A stretch of DNA of 56,880 nucleotides from a virus (IMGVR_UViG_3300032285_002671:1-56880); one strand, 5' to 3'; numbered from the stretch's first letter, positions 9,999-19,608 are shown. Notes: generated by a model from the letters alone, not told the origin. Numbers and translations: made by a program.

Positions 9999-11069
9999 TT
10001 CTATATCTATAATATTAGTATCTGCTACTGATGATAATAATCTGTTTATGTTATTAATAATAAACTGTTTAGTTATATTTGCTTCCTCTCCACTTTTATA
10101 ATTCATTCTTAAACCTGATGCTAATTTTAACCAATCTTGATCCCAATATATCTTTTTAGATTTAAATAAATTATTTAATGTTTTTAAATTATTATTTTCC
10201 ATTAATAATTCATTAAATTCTGTTTTTGAGAAATTATCATGATTATAATATTCATTCATTAATAATGCTAATCTAAGTATAGTTAAATCGTCTAATATTA
10301 GATTAGATATCATTTCAAAAGCTAATTTAACATTTCCTCTATCATTATTAAAAATCATTTGTCTTAGAATTTTTTCATAATCTTTATCTAATTCTATACC
10401 GTTTTTATTTAAATCAATAAATATATCTTCATCAAATATTATTTTAATATCTTTATCTAATAACTCAATTATATCCATAATACTATCCATTAAACCTGTT
10501 TTATCTCTTTTAAAGATAAGATTTTTAGTAGGAGTAATTTTCATAAATTCGTTATAAGTTTTAGGATCAATTGTACTTGATGATTTAAAATTCTTATCAT
10601 TAAGATTAATATAGAATAAATCTTTTTTAATATCATTAAGATACTGAGAATTATATTGTAATAATTTTATAATTTTATCTTTTAGTAAAGATTCTTCAGG
10701 TATTAATAAGACATCCATTAACTTAATATCTTTAGTTAATTCATCAAATCGTTTTCTACTAATCAGAATACATGTACTTTGTTCAATACGAGATGTTCTT
10801 TTTAGATTATGCTCGCCCATATACTCTTTTAACTTAAATCTAGGTATATTACTTAATTTACCAGTATATATTACATCTTTTGGTTGTATTTTATATTGAA
10901 AATTTTTAATTTTTGAAATACCATCTGTAACTTTTTGAGTATAAGAACTATCAATAATTCGTTCTTTATTCCATCCAATACTATAATTTATATTTGATCC
11001 GTTTGTATTTGATCCATTTCGAACGTACATATATACTTGACGAGTATCATTAATTTTTATTTTTTTCAT
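9987..11069 (-). CDS. hypothetical protein, possible BRCT-like N-terminal domain
   Basis: VIYTGKLSNIPRFKLKEY...RTSRIEQSTCILI resembles BRCT; adjacent to MoxR. Confidence 0.4.
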   Translation of the reverse strand: MKKIKINDTRQVYMYVRNGSNTNGSNINYSIGWNKERIIDSSYTQKVTDGISKIKNFQYKIQPKDVIYTGKLSNIPRFKLKEYMGEHNLKRTSRIEQSTCILISRKRFDELTKDIKLMDVLLIPEESLLKDKIIKLLQYNSQYLNDIKKDLFYINLNDKNFKSSSTIDPKTYNEFMKITPTKNLIFKRDKTGLMDSIMDIIELLDKDIKIIFDEDIFIDLNKNGIELDKDYEKILRQMIFNNDRGNVKLAFEMISNLILDDLTILRLALLMNEYYNHDNFSKTEFNELLMENNNLKTLNNLFKSKKIYWDQDWLKLASGLRMNYKSGEEANITKQFIINNINRLLSSVADTNIIDIEFGE

Positions 11070-11080
11070 AATTTTTATTT

Positions 11081-11112
11081 TAAAAATATTATTTAATTAT
11101 TATTAAGCCAAA
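11081..11112 (-). promoter_or_regulatory. Bacteroidota-type promoter
   Basis: TTTG-N20-TATTTTTA. Confidence 0.65.
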
Positions 11113-11119
11113 TTTAAAT

Positions 11120-11143
11120 AAAAATAGCTCCATATAGGAGCTA
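11120..11143 (-). terminator. intrinsic terminator after MoxR gene
   Basis: TAGCTCC-N5-GGAGCTA plus T-tract on minus strand. Confidence 0.65.
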
Positions 11144-11166
11144 AATTTATAAAATTAAAACACAAT

Positions 11167-12351
11167 TTATTTAGTTAAATACTTGACTAAATCTTTATTT
11201 AACATTAACAAACTAAACTTATTTGGATTTGAATTGTAAATTGATTTTATCATTTGATAACAAACATCTGTTTCAAATATTCCATCTGTAACAACTTTAC
11301 CTAATCTATCAATTATTTCACGTTCAATTTTATTTGATTTAGAAAATACTTCTAAATAATTAGAAATACGTGTTCCTAATGTTGATGCGATATCTGCTCT
11401 ATAATTTGTATCTTTAGAAACTAAAGATTTTAATGTACTTAAAACATATTTTTCATCTTGTTCAAATATATTTTGAGGAGAAATCATTTTATCTAATTTA
11501 TTATTAATAAACATAGTAAATAAACTAGCAAATTCTTGTCCAACACTTCCTTCACCAATCATTTGAATTAATGGTAATTGATCATCAAACGACTTAATTG
11601 AAGAAATAGAATTAAAAAACATAACTATACTACGAGCGTTAATTTCTTTTGTAACTAACTCTGGATGCATTAATAAAAAATTAATACATCTATTATCTAA
11701 ATTATTTTCTTCAGCCCACTTACCCCAACATTTTAAATCAAATTTTAAATTAGCTGAGATAAATCGTGTTTTTTGGGCGTTATCAATACTATTAACTATA
11801 TAATCACCATTATCTGGATTAGATGTTAGTATAATATGCCAATCTTTTGGTAACTTCCAACTAATATATTGTTGTCTATCGATTAGTTCCATTACAGCTT
11901 GAATAAACCTAAAATCAGCTCTATTCCAATCGTCTAATAATAAAATTCCTCCATTTGTTTTATTACTAATCCATTCAGGTGGACAATAACTCATTCTGTT
12001 TTTACCAGTTGATTTAAATCCTAATTTAAGATATTCATCAAAAGCGTGTTCATCAACCCAACTTTTTTCATTATTTGATTCAACTTCAAATTGACGAATT
12101 GGAAAACCTACTAAGTCACCAATTTCTTCAATTTGAGCTAAATTTAATTTAACAAAATTTAATTTTAATTCTTCAGCTAATTGTACAATAGAAGATGTTT
12201 TACCAATACCACTATCTCCTACTACTTCTACAGATACTGGTGGTTTGTTCTGATCTTGTAAAAAACGATTATTTGAAATAATGTGATTTAAAAAATCTTT
12301 TAACTCATTAGCATTAAGTGATAATGCTTCAGTTTTTGATGATTTTGACAT
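11167..12351 (-). CDS. MoxR-like AAA+ ATPase
   Basis: Walker A GDSGIGKT, Walker B LLLDDWNR, sensor IILTSNP, TRF arginine finger. Confidence 0.85.
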   Translation of the reverse strand: MSKSSKTEALSLNANELKDFLNHIISNNRFLQDQNKPPVSVEVVGDSGIGKTSSIVQLAEELKLNFVKLNLAQIEEIGDLVGFPIRQFEVESNNEKSWVDEHAFDEYLKLGFKSTGKNRMSYCPPEWISNKTNGGILLLDDWNRADFRFIQAVMELIDRQQYISWKLPKDWHIILTSNPDNGDYIVNSIDNAQKTRFISANLKFDLKCWGKWAEENNLDNRCINFLLMHPELVTKEINARSIVMFFNSISSIKSFDDQLPLIQMIGEGSVGQEFASLFTMFINNKLDKMISPQNIFEQDEKYVLSTLKSLVSKDTNYRADIASTLGTRISNYLEVFSKSNKIEREIIDRLGKVVTDGIFETDVCYQMIKSIYNSNPNKFSLLMLNKDLVKYLTK

Positions 12352-12384
12352 AACTTTTATTTTTGTGTTTTAATTTTAATAATA

Positions 12385-12415
12385 TAAAGATATCATATAA
12401 AATCTAAAGGGCAAA
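12385..12415 (-). promoter_or_regulatory. Bacteroidota-type promoter
   Basis: TTTG-N19-TATCTTTA. Confidence 0.6.
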
Positions 12416-13114
12416 ACTTACTTTATTTTTTTGTAAAGTGTAATTTACTTTTTTCATTATATAATAATAACGTTTTGATTCATCATTATCCTCAAATAAT
12501 GGTTTAATATCTGTTCTATGTTTATATTGCTTACCTACTCTTGTATCGAGAGCATATCTAGCTTTATATGATAAAATAATAGATGGTTGAGTTAAATTAA
12601 TATCATATTCATAATTATTATGTACTAAAACAATAGGTATTATATCTCTTTTTTCTAAAAACGATTCTTGGAAAAAATCAATATTGTATCCGTCTATCCA
12701 TTCTCCTTTTTCATTTAAAATATTTTTTGAAAATAATAGTAATTTTTCTTTTAATAATTCATCAACTTTACTTACATCACCTGGTGCTCCATAATCATTT
12801 CCTAACCTAGGTGATAACCCAAAGAAATTTATTATTTGAGATAATTCTTCTTTACTAAATGATTCTGTTAAACTAAAATCAATATCTGATACTCTATTGT
12901 TATAATCTATATCTATTAATTGAAGTAAATAAAGAGCTATACTTCCTCCTAAAACAACTTTAGGAGACCATTGAGTATATGCTATAATACTATTAATATA
13001 CTTATCAGGCATACTATTAATAACAACATATATTTTATTGTTTTTAAAAATTAACTCGTTTTTATTTACAGAATGAATTAATTTTTCTTCATAGTTAAAT
13101 TTATTATTATTCAT
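12404..13114 (-). CDS. pol-beta superfamily nucleotidyltransferase-like protein
   Basis: VVLGGSIAL...SDIDF and later IDFF motif. Confidence 0.6.
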   Translation of the reverse strand: MNNNKFNYEEKLIHSVNKNELIFKNNKIYVVINSMPDKYINSIIAYTQWSPKVVLGGSIALYLLQLIDIDYNNRVSDIDFSLTESFSKEELSQIINFFGLSPRLGNDYGAPGDVSKVDELLKEKLLLFSKNILNEKGEWIDGYNIDFFQESFLEKRDIIPIVLVHNNYEYDINLTQPSIILSYKARYALDTRVGKQYKHRTDIKPLFEDNDESKRYYYIMKKVNYTLQKNKVSFAL

Positions 13115-14349
13115 TATCTTTTAATTTGTACTTTAGCACCTGGTAAATCTTCATTAAATCTTCCTTTTTCACAAAACACCCATAAAACAGGTTTAATTGG
13201 TGTAATATTAGTACTACATTCTCCATCTGTTAAATAAATTAAGTTTTGATATTTATCTTTATGTTCAGATAGATATTCTAATACTGGATCAAAACTTGTT
13301 CCTCCTCTTCCTTTTACAGAAATCTCATCTCTATTACCTTTATATTTATAAACTCGTTGTATTTCAGCATCACATTCAATTATATCTATATCAGTACCTG
13401 TTTTATATATGTGATATATTTCATTAAAAAATTCTACTAAATCTTGATTAGAAACAGAACCTGATGTATCAATTGCTATTAACGTATTTTTACGTGGTTT
13501 GATACGTAAAGCTGGATTATCACTAAAACGTCTACTTGGTTTACGTCTTGTTTTTTTAGTAATAACTTTAATAGACATTCCATTAAAACGTCTTAAATAT
13601 GCTTTCCAATCAATAACTGGTTCTTCTACTTCATATAAATTCTTAATATACTCTTCTAATTCAGAAGGTATTAATCCTCTACTACGAGTTGTTTGTTCGG
13701 CTGCTTCTTTTAATTGATGATCAATTTGTTTAGCAATTAATTTTTTATCTGCTTCACTTAATCCTTCAAATTCCTTCCACATTTCATGACTACCCATTAC
13801 TGTTACTTCAGTACCGTCTTCTAATGTAATTTTAATTGGTGTACCAGAACCATTTGCTTCTTTAAGTGCACTATGAAATTTAGCAACATCACCATCTGGG
13901 CATTCTTTAATTTCTTTATCTAATAATTCATAATACTTTCTTGTACCAGCTTTTACAGGTAAATTTAATTCTTTAAATATACCTTCATTATATTCTAATC
14001 CATCCCATGTTGGACCTTTAAATTCATTTTGAATAAATTGATTGATTTCTAAATCTGCTGATATATTTAATAATTCTCTATCATTATATTCTCCTATCAT
14101 TGATAAATGATGAAATGCAATATGTAATAGTTCATGTTTTAATACAGCTACTTTTGTCATTTCGTCTTGTTTAGACCAAAACTCTGGATTAATCATTAAA
14201 GAAGTATTAATATTTTCACGACAAACACATGCTGTTTGAATATTTTTACTTATTTTTTTATTTAAACCAATTAAAAATAAACCATAAAATGGTTCTTTAA
14301 ACATTAATGTTTTAGAATATTTAGCTATTTCTGAATGTATGTTTTCCAT
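13114..14349 (-). CDS. HExxH metallopeptidase plus vWA domain protein (DUF2201-like)
   Basis: HELLH, NISADLEINQ, MIDAS DTSGS, GRGGTSF, YLTDG; start reassigned to MENIHSE. Confidence 0.85.
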   Translation of the reverse strand: MENIHSEIAKYSKTLMFKEPFYGLFLIGLNKKISKNIQTACVCRENINTSLMINPEFWSKQDEMTKVAVLKHELLHIAFHHLSMIGEYNDRELLNISADLEINQFIQNEFKGPTWDGLEYNEGIFKELNLPVKAGTRKYYELLDKEIKECPDGDVAKFHSALKEANGSGTPIKITLEDGTEVTVMGSHEMWKEFEGLSEADKKLIAKQIDHQLKEAAEQTTRSRGLIPSELEEYIKNLYEVEEPVIDWKAYLRRFNGMSIKVITKKTRRKPSRRFSDNPALRIKPRKNTLIAIDTSGSVSNQDLVEFFNEIYHIYKTGTDIDIIECDAEIQRVYKYKGNRDEISVKGRGGTSFDPVLEYLSEHKDKYQNLIYLTDGECSTNITPIKPVLWVFCEKGRFNEDLPGAKVQIKR

Positions 14350-14350
14350 A

Positions 14351-14590
14351 TTATTTATCGTCTGATGAAGGGAGATATAAAACTGCAAATACAAGTGTTA
14401 AAAACATTAACCATAATGTTCCTAAAATACACCATGAAAGTGTTATAATGAATCTAACAATCCAAGATAACCAATTTGGTAAAAAATATAAATTTAAATT
14501 TACAATTTTCCGGGAACCGGAAATTATTGCTTGTAATGAGTAAATAAATACTCCCATAAGGCACATAAAGCCTAAAAATGCTATAATCAT
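14351..14590 (-). CDS. small membrane protein
   Basis: Two hydrophobic helices; first gene after promoter 14612-14643. Confidence 0.6.
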   Translation of the reverse strand: MIIAFLGFMCLMGVFIYSLQAIISGSRKIVNLNLYFLPNWLSWIVRFIITLSWCILGTLWLMFLTLVFAVLYLPSSDDK

Positions 14591-14611
14591 AACTTTTATT
14601 TTTTAATAGTA

Positions 14612-14643
14612 TAAAGATATCATATAAAATTCGGCAAGCCAAA
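14612..14643 (-). promoter_or_regulatory. Bacteroidota-type promoter
   Basis: TTTG-N20-TATCTTTA. Confidence 0.65.
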
Positions 14644-14649
14644 CTTATA

Positions 14650-14952
14650 TTAAAATTTTTCCCACTGTCTGGGCTCTAATGGTATTGGTGTAGTTAAATA
14701 TTGAATACCTATTTCTTTAGGTTCTTTTACTATTGTATTAGTCATGTGATAATAAATAGGTCCATCATATTTAGTATATAATGGATCCCTATTTATATCC
14801 CATTCTGTTATTCTTCGTTCACCATTCCATGAACGAAATTCTTTTGAAATGACTCTATGCCATCTTTGTTGTGATTCTAGATAAACTTCTAAACATTTGC
14901 CTGTGTCAAATTGATTAATTAATTTACCTGTTTGGCCTCTTTTTTCACCCAT
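14650..14952 (-). CDS. hypothetical protein
   Basis: 100 aa ORF with own promoter (14969-15000, TTAG variant). Confidence 0.6.
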   Translation of the reverse strand: MGEKRGQTGKLINQFDTGKCLEVYLESQQRWHRVISKEFRSWNGERRITEWDINRDPLYTKYDGPIYYHMTNTIVKEPKEIGIQYLTTPIPLEPRQWEKF

Positions 14953-15009
14953 AACCTTTATTTTAATATAAAAATAAAGATCTTATTTTAAAAAGCCTAA
15001 TCTTTTAAA

Positions 15010-15600
15010 TTATTTTATATCTGAACTTTCAATTAAGGTATAAGTGAAAGATGCACCGTGTACTTTTGCTGCCTCTTTAGCAATTACCATGAATGCATCA
15101 AAATCAGCTGATCTTTTAAATACCTGACAGCCTTCTGACCAGTTTTCAACATAAGTTGAATCAGCACCGGCTTTATGGATATTAATACCAAAAACACCAG
15201 TTTCAGTTTTGCTTTCATCATAAGTCATATCTTTATTAGCGTCTCTGTAAACTTTAACAGGTTTAGCTTGTTTCAAAGCTTCATATTTACCTTGATGTAA
15301 ACCAATAGTATGTGAACCTCTGTATTGACCTTCTACTAAACGAGCAACTCCATTCGCATTATGAAATTCTTTTACTCCTTTAGTACCTGGATCGGTTGTA
15401 CATGGCCATTGTTTAAATACCCATTCGCCATTAACTTTGTATGATACTGTCATAATATCATCAAAAACATTAGTAACTTTGTTACCTGTAGAAGAATTTC
15501 TAATTCCAACGATGTTTAAATCGTAATCTTTAGCTCCTTCGAACCATACATAACCTTTGCCTTTTACAGCATTTTCAATTTGTTCTCTTTTGTATGTCAT
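15010..15600 (-). CDS. L,D-transpeptidase (YkuD)-fold putative endolysin
   Basis: GINIH...WSEGCQV matches the H-x(n)-S-x-G-C catalytic signature. Confidence 0.55.
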   Translation of the reverse strand: MTYKREQIENAVKGKGYVWFEGAKDYDLNIVGIRNSSTGNKVTNVFDDIMTVSYKVNGEWVFKQWPCTTDPGTKGVKEFHNANGVARLVEGQYRGSHTIGLHQGKYEALKQAKPVKVYRDANKDMTYDESKTETGVFGINIHKAGADSTYVENWSEGCQVFKRSADFDAFMVIAKEAAKVHGASFTYTLIESSDIK

Positions 15601-15992
15601 AGTTTTTTAGATTTAATACGGTAATAAATATGATTAACATATTTTTTTTCATTATCTCGCGCTTCTACTTCAAAAGGGTTATCCCAATAACCTACTTCTT
15701 TTTCATATTTAGAGTATAATCTATCTTGTCTATCACTAGGTAATTGTACATAATGAGTATATTCATGTATTATCATTCTTATTAAATGATTAACCGATTT
15801 TATTTGGTTAGAATACACTCGAATAGTATCATCACTAGGATCGTAGTCTGACCAAACTACGTTGTTTATACGCGAGATTTTAAGATTTGGGAGATAATTT
15901 TTTCCACGAGGTAAACCTATATAATGTGGGCACCATGATAAAATATCATTTGAAAGCTTTTTAAACTTATGCTTTGAACGTGGAAGTTTCAT
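15597..15992 (-). CDS. zincin metallopeptidase
   Basis: IIHEYTHYVQ and NPFEVEAR. Confidence 0.7.
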   Translation of the reverse strand: MKLPRSKHKFKKLSNDILSWCPHYIGLPRGKNYLPNLKISRINNVVWSDYDPSDDTIRVYSNQIKSVNHLIRMIIHEYTHYVQLPSDRQDRLYSKYEKEVGYWDNPFEVEARDNEKKYVNHIYYRIKSKKL

Positions 15993-15998
15993 AACATA

Positions 15999-16358
15999 CT
16001 ACTTAGTTTTACCCCATTTTTTACCTTTGCCTTTAGTTTTACATTGAGCTGGTGTAGGACGACATGATGGATATTTAGAGCGTTTTTCACCTTCTTTTCT
16101 ACCACATGCTTTACATTTTCCGTCTCTACAAGTATTACAATCAACCCATCCGCCTTCTTTACCTGATGGACCTTGACGTTTGAACCATTTATGAAGTGAT
16201 TCGTCTTCTTTTAAATTTTTCCAGATTTTACCTTTACGACATCTAACAATTGCTCCTGATTTATAAGCAGAAGGTTTATCATACTTACGATCAGCTATAC
16301 GTTTACAGCGATCTTCTACAAGTAATATCTCGTTTAGTATGTCTATTAGTTTAATCAT
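15999..16358 (-). CDS. Cys/Lys-rich hypothetical protein, probable head-internal
   Basis: MIKLIDILNE leader; KWFK..GGWVDC..CGR..KYPSCRP. Confidence 0.6.
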   Translation of the reverse strand: MIKLIDILNEILLVEDRCKRIADRKYDKPSAYKSGAIVRCRKGKIWKNLKEDESLHKWFKRQGPSGKEGGWVDCNTCRDGKCKACGRKEGEKRSKYPSCRPTPAQCKTKGKGKKWGKTK

Positions 16359-16615
16359 GATTTATTTATTTTTACACGTAGATTACCTGTACCTTTTATA
16401 GTACGGTGCCACATATGTCTAGGAATAAATATTGGCTGATTAATAGAAGTAGGTAATTGGTTATCTAATTGTATTTTCCAATCTGTTTCACCAATTATCT
16501 CTACTAATCTATCTTCATTATCACGATGCCACATAAGTTCGATAGGATCTATATTTTCGTTAAATTCACGAATAATATACTTATCTGTAACTTCTATGTC
16601 AACGTACGGTCTCAT
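16355..16615 (-). CDS. cupin-fold protein
   Basis: WHRD.EDR and IFIP..WHR.IKG. Confidence 0.6.
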   Translation of the reverse strand: MRPYVDIEVTDKYIIREFNENIDPIELMWHRDNEDRLVEIIGETDWKIQLDNQLPTSINQPIFIPRHMWHRTIKGTGNLRVKINKS

Positions 16616-16854
16616 TTAATTGGTTCCCACCAATTAGTACAATATTCATCAGCAGCATAAGGAATTTTATTTGTTCCTGCCCATTCTGCATAATAAGTAC
16701 TATCACAAACTTGTTCTTCTTTATCCCACCATTTACAATTAGCACAACAAGAACCACCTTTAGGTACTTTTAAACCCGCTTTATGAGTTGGAGGTAAAAC
16801 CATTTCACCGGGTCCTCCGTAGTTTTCAGCTAATATATCTGTTAACTTAAGCAT
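16612..16854 (-). CDS. Cys-rich small protein, probable head-internal
   Basis: MLKLTDILAE leader; CANC..C..C pattern. Confidence 0.55.
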   Translation of the reverse strand: MLKLTDILAENYGGPGEMVLPPTHKAGLKVPKGGSCCANCKWWDKEEQVCDSTYYAEWAGTNKIPYAADEYCTNWWEPIK

Positions 16855-17207
16855 TTTAATTTATATAAAGTAGACTCTAATAATTCCATAACAGTATCAA
16901 TTTGGTTTTGGATATATGAATCTGTCATTTCTTCTCTTAAATCAGTAACTCTATTAACTAAAGCTTCAAAATAAGTAATTACCTGATTTTTATCAGTGTA
17001 CTCTAATAATGGATAATTTGAATATCCTTTTAATATACCATATTTACCTTGATGAGATTCTATTAAACCATCTACTAACTCAATTATTTCATCATAATAA
17101 TCATTTAAAGCTTTATGCTCAGCAAATGATGGTGTTTGTAAATGGAACACGTGTGCTTGTGTTCTAGAATGAAACAAGAAAGATACTAATTTTGCGAAAT
17201 TTTTCAT
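16842..17207 (-). CDS. ferritin/Dps-like protein (DUF5856-like)
   Basis: AHVFHLQT.SFAEHKAL..YYD....D..IE..QG pattern. Confidence 0.7.
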   Translation of the reverse strand: MKNFAKLVSFLFHSRTQAHVFHLQTPSFAEHKALNDYYDEIIELVDGLIESHQGKYGILKGYSNYPLLEYTDKNQVITYFEALVNRVTDLREEMTDSYIQNQIDTVMELLESTLYKLKCLS

Positions 17208-17231
17208 TTTATTTTTTATATTATTTATATA

Positions 17232-18149
17232 CTACCAATACCCGCTAAATGATGTTTTAAATCCTAATAATTTAGCATATCTAGGTAAACGACATGACCA
17301 GTAACGAGCAGTTGTTCTATCTTTAGCTTGTGAACATCTCATTCTTTTTGCAAAAGCTTGACGAGCTTTAGGATTATTTAATTTAGCACGTAATCCGCCT
17401 CCGGCCATACCAAAAGAAACTTTCTTAATTCCTCCACCAGGTTTACGAACGTAAACATAGAATTTTTTAGACCCACCCCTATGTGGTTTTCCTAATGGTG
17501 GGTGTTTTTTATCTTTACCAGCTTCAGATATAGGTTCGTCTGCTATTTCTTCTTCGTCTTTAGCAAGAGCAGCGTCGTCATCATCTTCTAGGATCAAATC
17601 CAAAGGCACAACCTTTCCTTCGTATATACTAAATTTACCTAAATCTGTTTCAGTGATTAACTTTTTATCATCTCCGTACACGTTTAGTTTACCTTCGTTA
17701 TATAATGTACGAGCATCTTCCCATAAATCCAAAAATGCTTCAGAACCATATCTAAAAGTATTTTCCGTTAGTTGAATACCTTTACTAACATGGTATTTTA
17801 TATGTTGACTAAGCGCTAGTTCATTATGAGATTCACGTAAAAGTTCTGTGTTTAACGTTGGAGCTTTAGCAGAGCAACTGCCTCCACATCCACACCCACA
17901 ATCGTGTTTTATACCGCGTAATTTTAGTATTTCTTTAACTAAGGATTTAATTTTATTTTCAGAGATATCATCATATCTCTCGTCGGCATCCATGTTAAAT
18001 AAAAGATATTCTATCTCTTGTCTATCACTAGGTGTTAAGTTGTACTCCATAACGTATTCATTAACTAATCTAGTTCTATCACTAGAATCGTATGAATCCA
18101 TTTGATTTAATTTAGCGTATATTTCTTGCGCTATATCTTGTAAAGTCAT
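17232..18149 (-). CDS. hypothetical protein with acidic N-part and basic C-terminal domain
   Basis: KKFYVYV..KKVSFG..ARQAFAKRMRC..ARYWSC C-terminus; several (L/I)xE sites. Confidence 0.6.
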   Translation of the reverse strand: MTLQDIAQEIYAKLNQMDSYDSSDRTRLVNEYVMEYNLTPSDRQEIEYLLFNMDADERYDDISENKIKSLVKEILKLRGIKHDCGCGCGGSCSAKAPTLNTELLRESHNELALSQHIKYHVSKGIQLTENTFRYGSEAFLDLWEDARTLYNEGKLNVYGDDKKLITETDLGKFSIYEGKVVPLDLILEDDDDAALAKDEEEIADEPISEAGKDKKHPPLGKPHRGGSKKFYVYVRKPGGGIKKVSFGMAGGGLRAKLNNPKARQAFAKRMRCSQAKDRTTARYWSCRLPRYAKLLGFKTSFSGYW

Positions 18150-18174
18150 AAGTATATATGTTTATTTATAAATA

Positions 18175-19146
18175 TTAGAAAGATGGTATTTCTGGTAATA
18201 ATTTCTTAAAATTATTATTGAAATAATCATCGAAAGGTTTAATATTATTAGTTCCTTCACCTCGGCTATTATAAAAGTTAAACATAACTTCCATCATAGT
18301 AGGATACATTTCTCCAACATTAATACCGTTTGCGATTTTTGATGTTACTAAATAAATAGCATATCCTGTACCCCATTTAGAATCTTTTATTTCTTCACCG
18401 TCTTGTTTAGCCCAATCGTAATACGATGACCCATGAACTTTAACTATAATAACATATAATCCAGGTTTTGTAGTACCTGTTCCTGTTTTACCTAATGTAG
18501 TTGATGTATCAGTGTATTGACTTAAATCAGCTTTAGTATATGGTTGTAATCTTTGAGCTATCTCTGGAGTTAATTTAACTTTCTTAACAACCTCAATTGG
18601 AGTAATACCATTAGATCCATAAGCAAACGAATCTGGGTAATTTTGTCCATATACCGCTCCGTAGTTTTTATCACTATTTGAATAATCATGGTATAAAACT
18701 CTACTAGCAGTTCCGCGGCCTCCCGATTGATTACCAGCCCAAACATAAATTTTATCTTTAGAACTAACTGGGCTATCAAATGCTTTTCTACCTTGTGTGT
18801 TTAAAATACTTGGTTTTATTATATAACGAGCATCTCTAGTTAAGTTATACGATTCTTCTTTATTACAAGATACTAAACCGGTAATAGCAATAGTACATGC
18901 TATTATAACCTTATTCTTAAGATCTTCTTCCATGGGTGGCTTTGAAAACTCACCATTACGAAGTGTAACGATTCTGGTTTTACCCGTCTTTTCATCAGTT
19001 ATTTCAACATCCACCGTATCCTCCTCCGTATCTACACCTATGTCTTTTAGCGCGCTTTTTACTTTATCGGTAAGAGGTGCGTTTTGTTCCTCGCGAACAT
19101 TGTCAAGTTCTTCTTTAATAATTTTTTTTAACTGTAATTGTTTCAT
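18175..19146 (-). CDS. hypothetical protein with internal lipoprotein signal
   Basis: LKKIIKEEL leader; internal KNKVIIACTIAITGLVSC. Confidence 0.6.
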   Translation of the reverse strand: MKQLQLKKIIKEELDNVREEQNAPLTDKVKSALKDIGVDTEEDTVDVEITDEKTGKTRIVTLRNGEFSKPPMEEDLKNKVIIACTIAITGLVSCNKEESYNLTRDARYIIKPSILNTQGRKAFDSPVSSKDKIYVWAGNQSGGRGTASRVLYHDYSNSDKNYGAVYGQNYPDSFAYGSNGITPIEVVKKVKLTPEIAQRLQPYTKADLSQYTDTSTTLGKTGTGTTKPGLYVIIVKVHGSSYYDWAKQDGEEIKDSKWGTGYAIYLVTSKIANGINVGEMYPTMMEVMFNFYNSRGEGTNNIKPFDDYFNNNFKKLLPEIPSF

Positions 19147-19149
19147 TTG

Positions 19150-19478
19150 TTATTACTAATGTTTACGTATAAATATTACTGAATATACTATTAATGTATA
19201 TACTTTTGTCGACGTAGAAAAGTTATACTTTCTTACTTTTTGAATCTGTGTGGGTTTTATCCAAAAATGGCATTTTGGAATTTCGCTTGTATATTTGTAT
19301 ATACGGCTCGTGCCGGGTTTATCGTATTCGATGTGAGGGTCGGTCCAATTCATGCATACGTACCCCCTACGCGTGTATGGATATCAGCGCGCGTGTGCGA
19401 TACATACGCATATATACCGTATGTATATATACATGATGGCGTCCCGCGAGCGTACACCTCCAGTGCTTACCACCAACC
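19150..19478. other. CpG-rich palindromic non-coding island (possible pac/terminus or origin)
   Basis: Alternating purine-pyrimidine runs and palindromes; composition distinct from flanks. Confidence 0.4.
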
Positions 19479-19510
19479 AAAAAAGGGCCGGGGCAACTAG
19501 GCCCCGACCC
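19479..19510 (-). terminator. strong intrinsic terminator ending the cassette array
   Basis: GGGTCGGGGC-CTAGTT-GCCCCGGCCC-TTTTTT on minus strand. Confidence 0.85.
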
Positions 19511-19536
19511 TACCAATTAAACAAATAAACAATATT

Positions 19537-19608
19537 TTATTTGACGCGTGACTTTTTAATCGATTTAATTGCTCCCGTTAACGTTTTTGGTCTTGTTGCT
19601 TTCGCCAT
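19537..19608 (-). CDS. 23 aa basic micropeptide
   Basis: MAKATRPKTLTGAIKSIKKSRVK; below ORF-track cutoff. Confidence 0.35.
   Translation of the reverse strand: MAKATRPKTLTGAIKSIKKSRVK

Noticed and set aside
19156-19500. Three overlapping short ORFs in the CpG-rich island
   Set aside because: Atypical composition and no promoter or leader; likely by-products of higher GC
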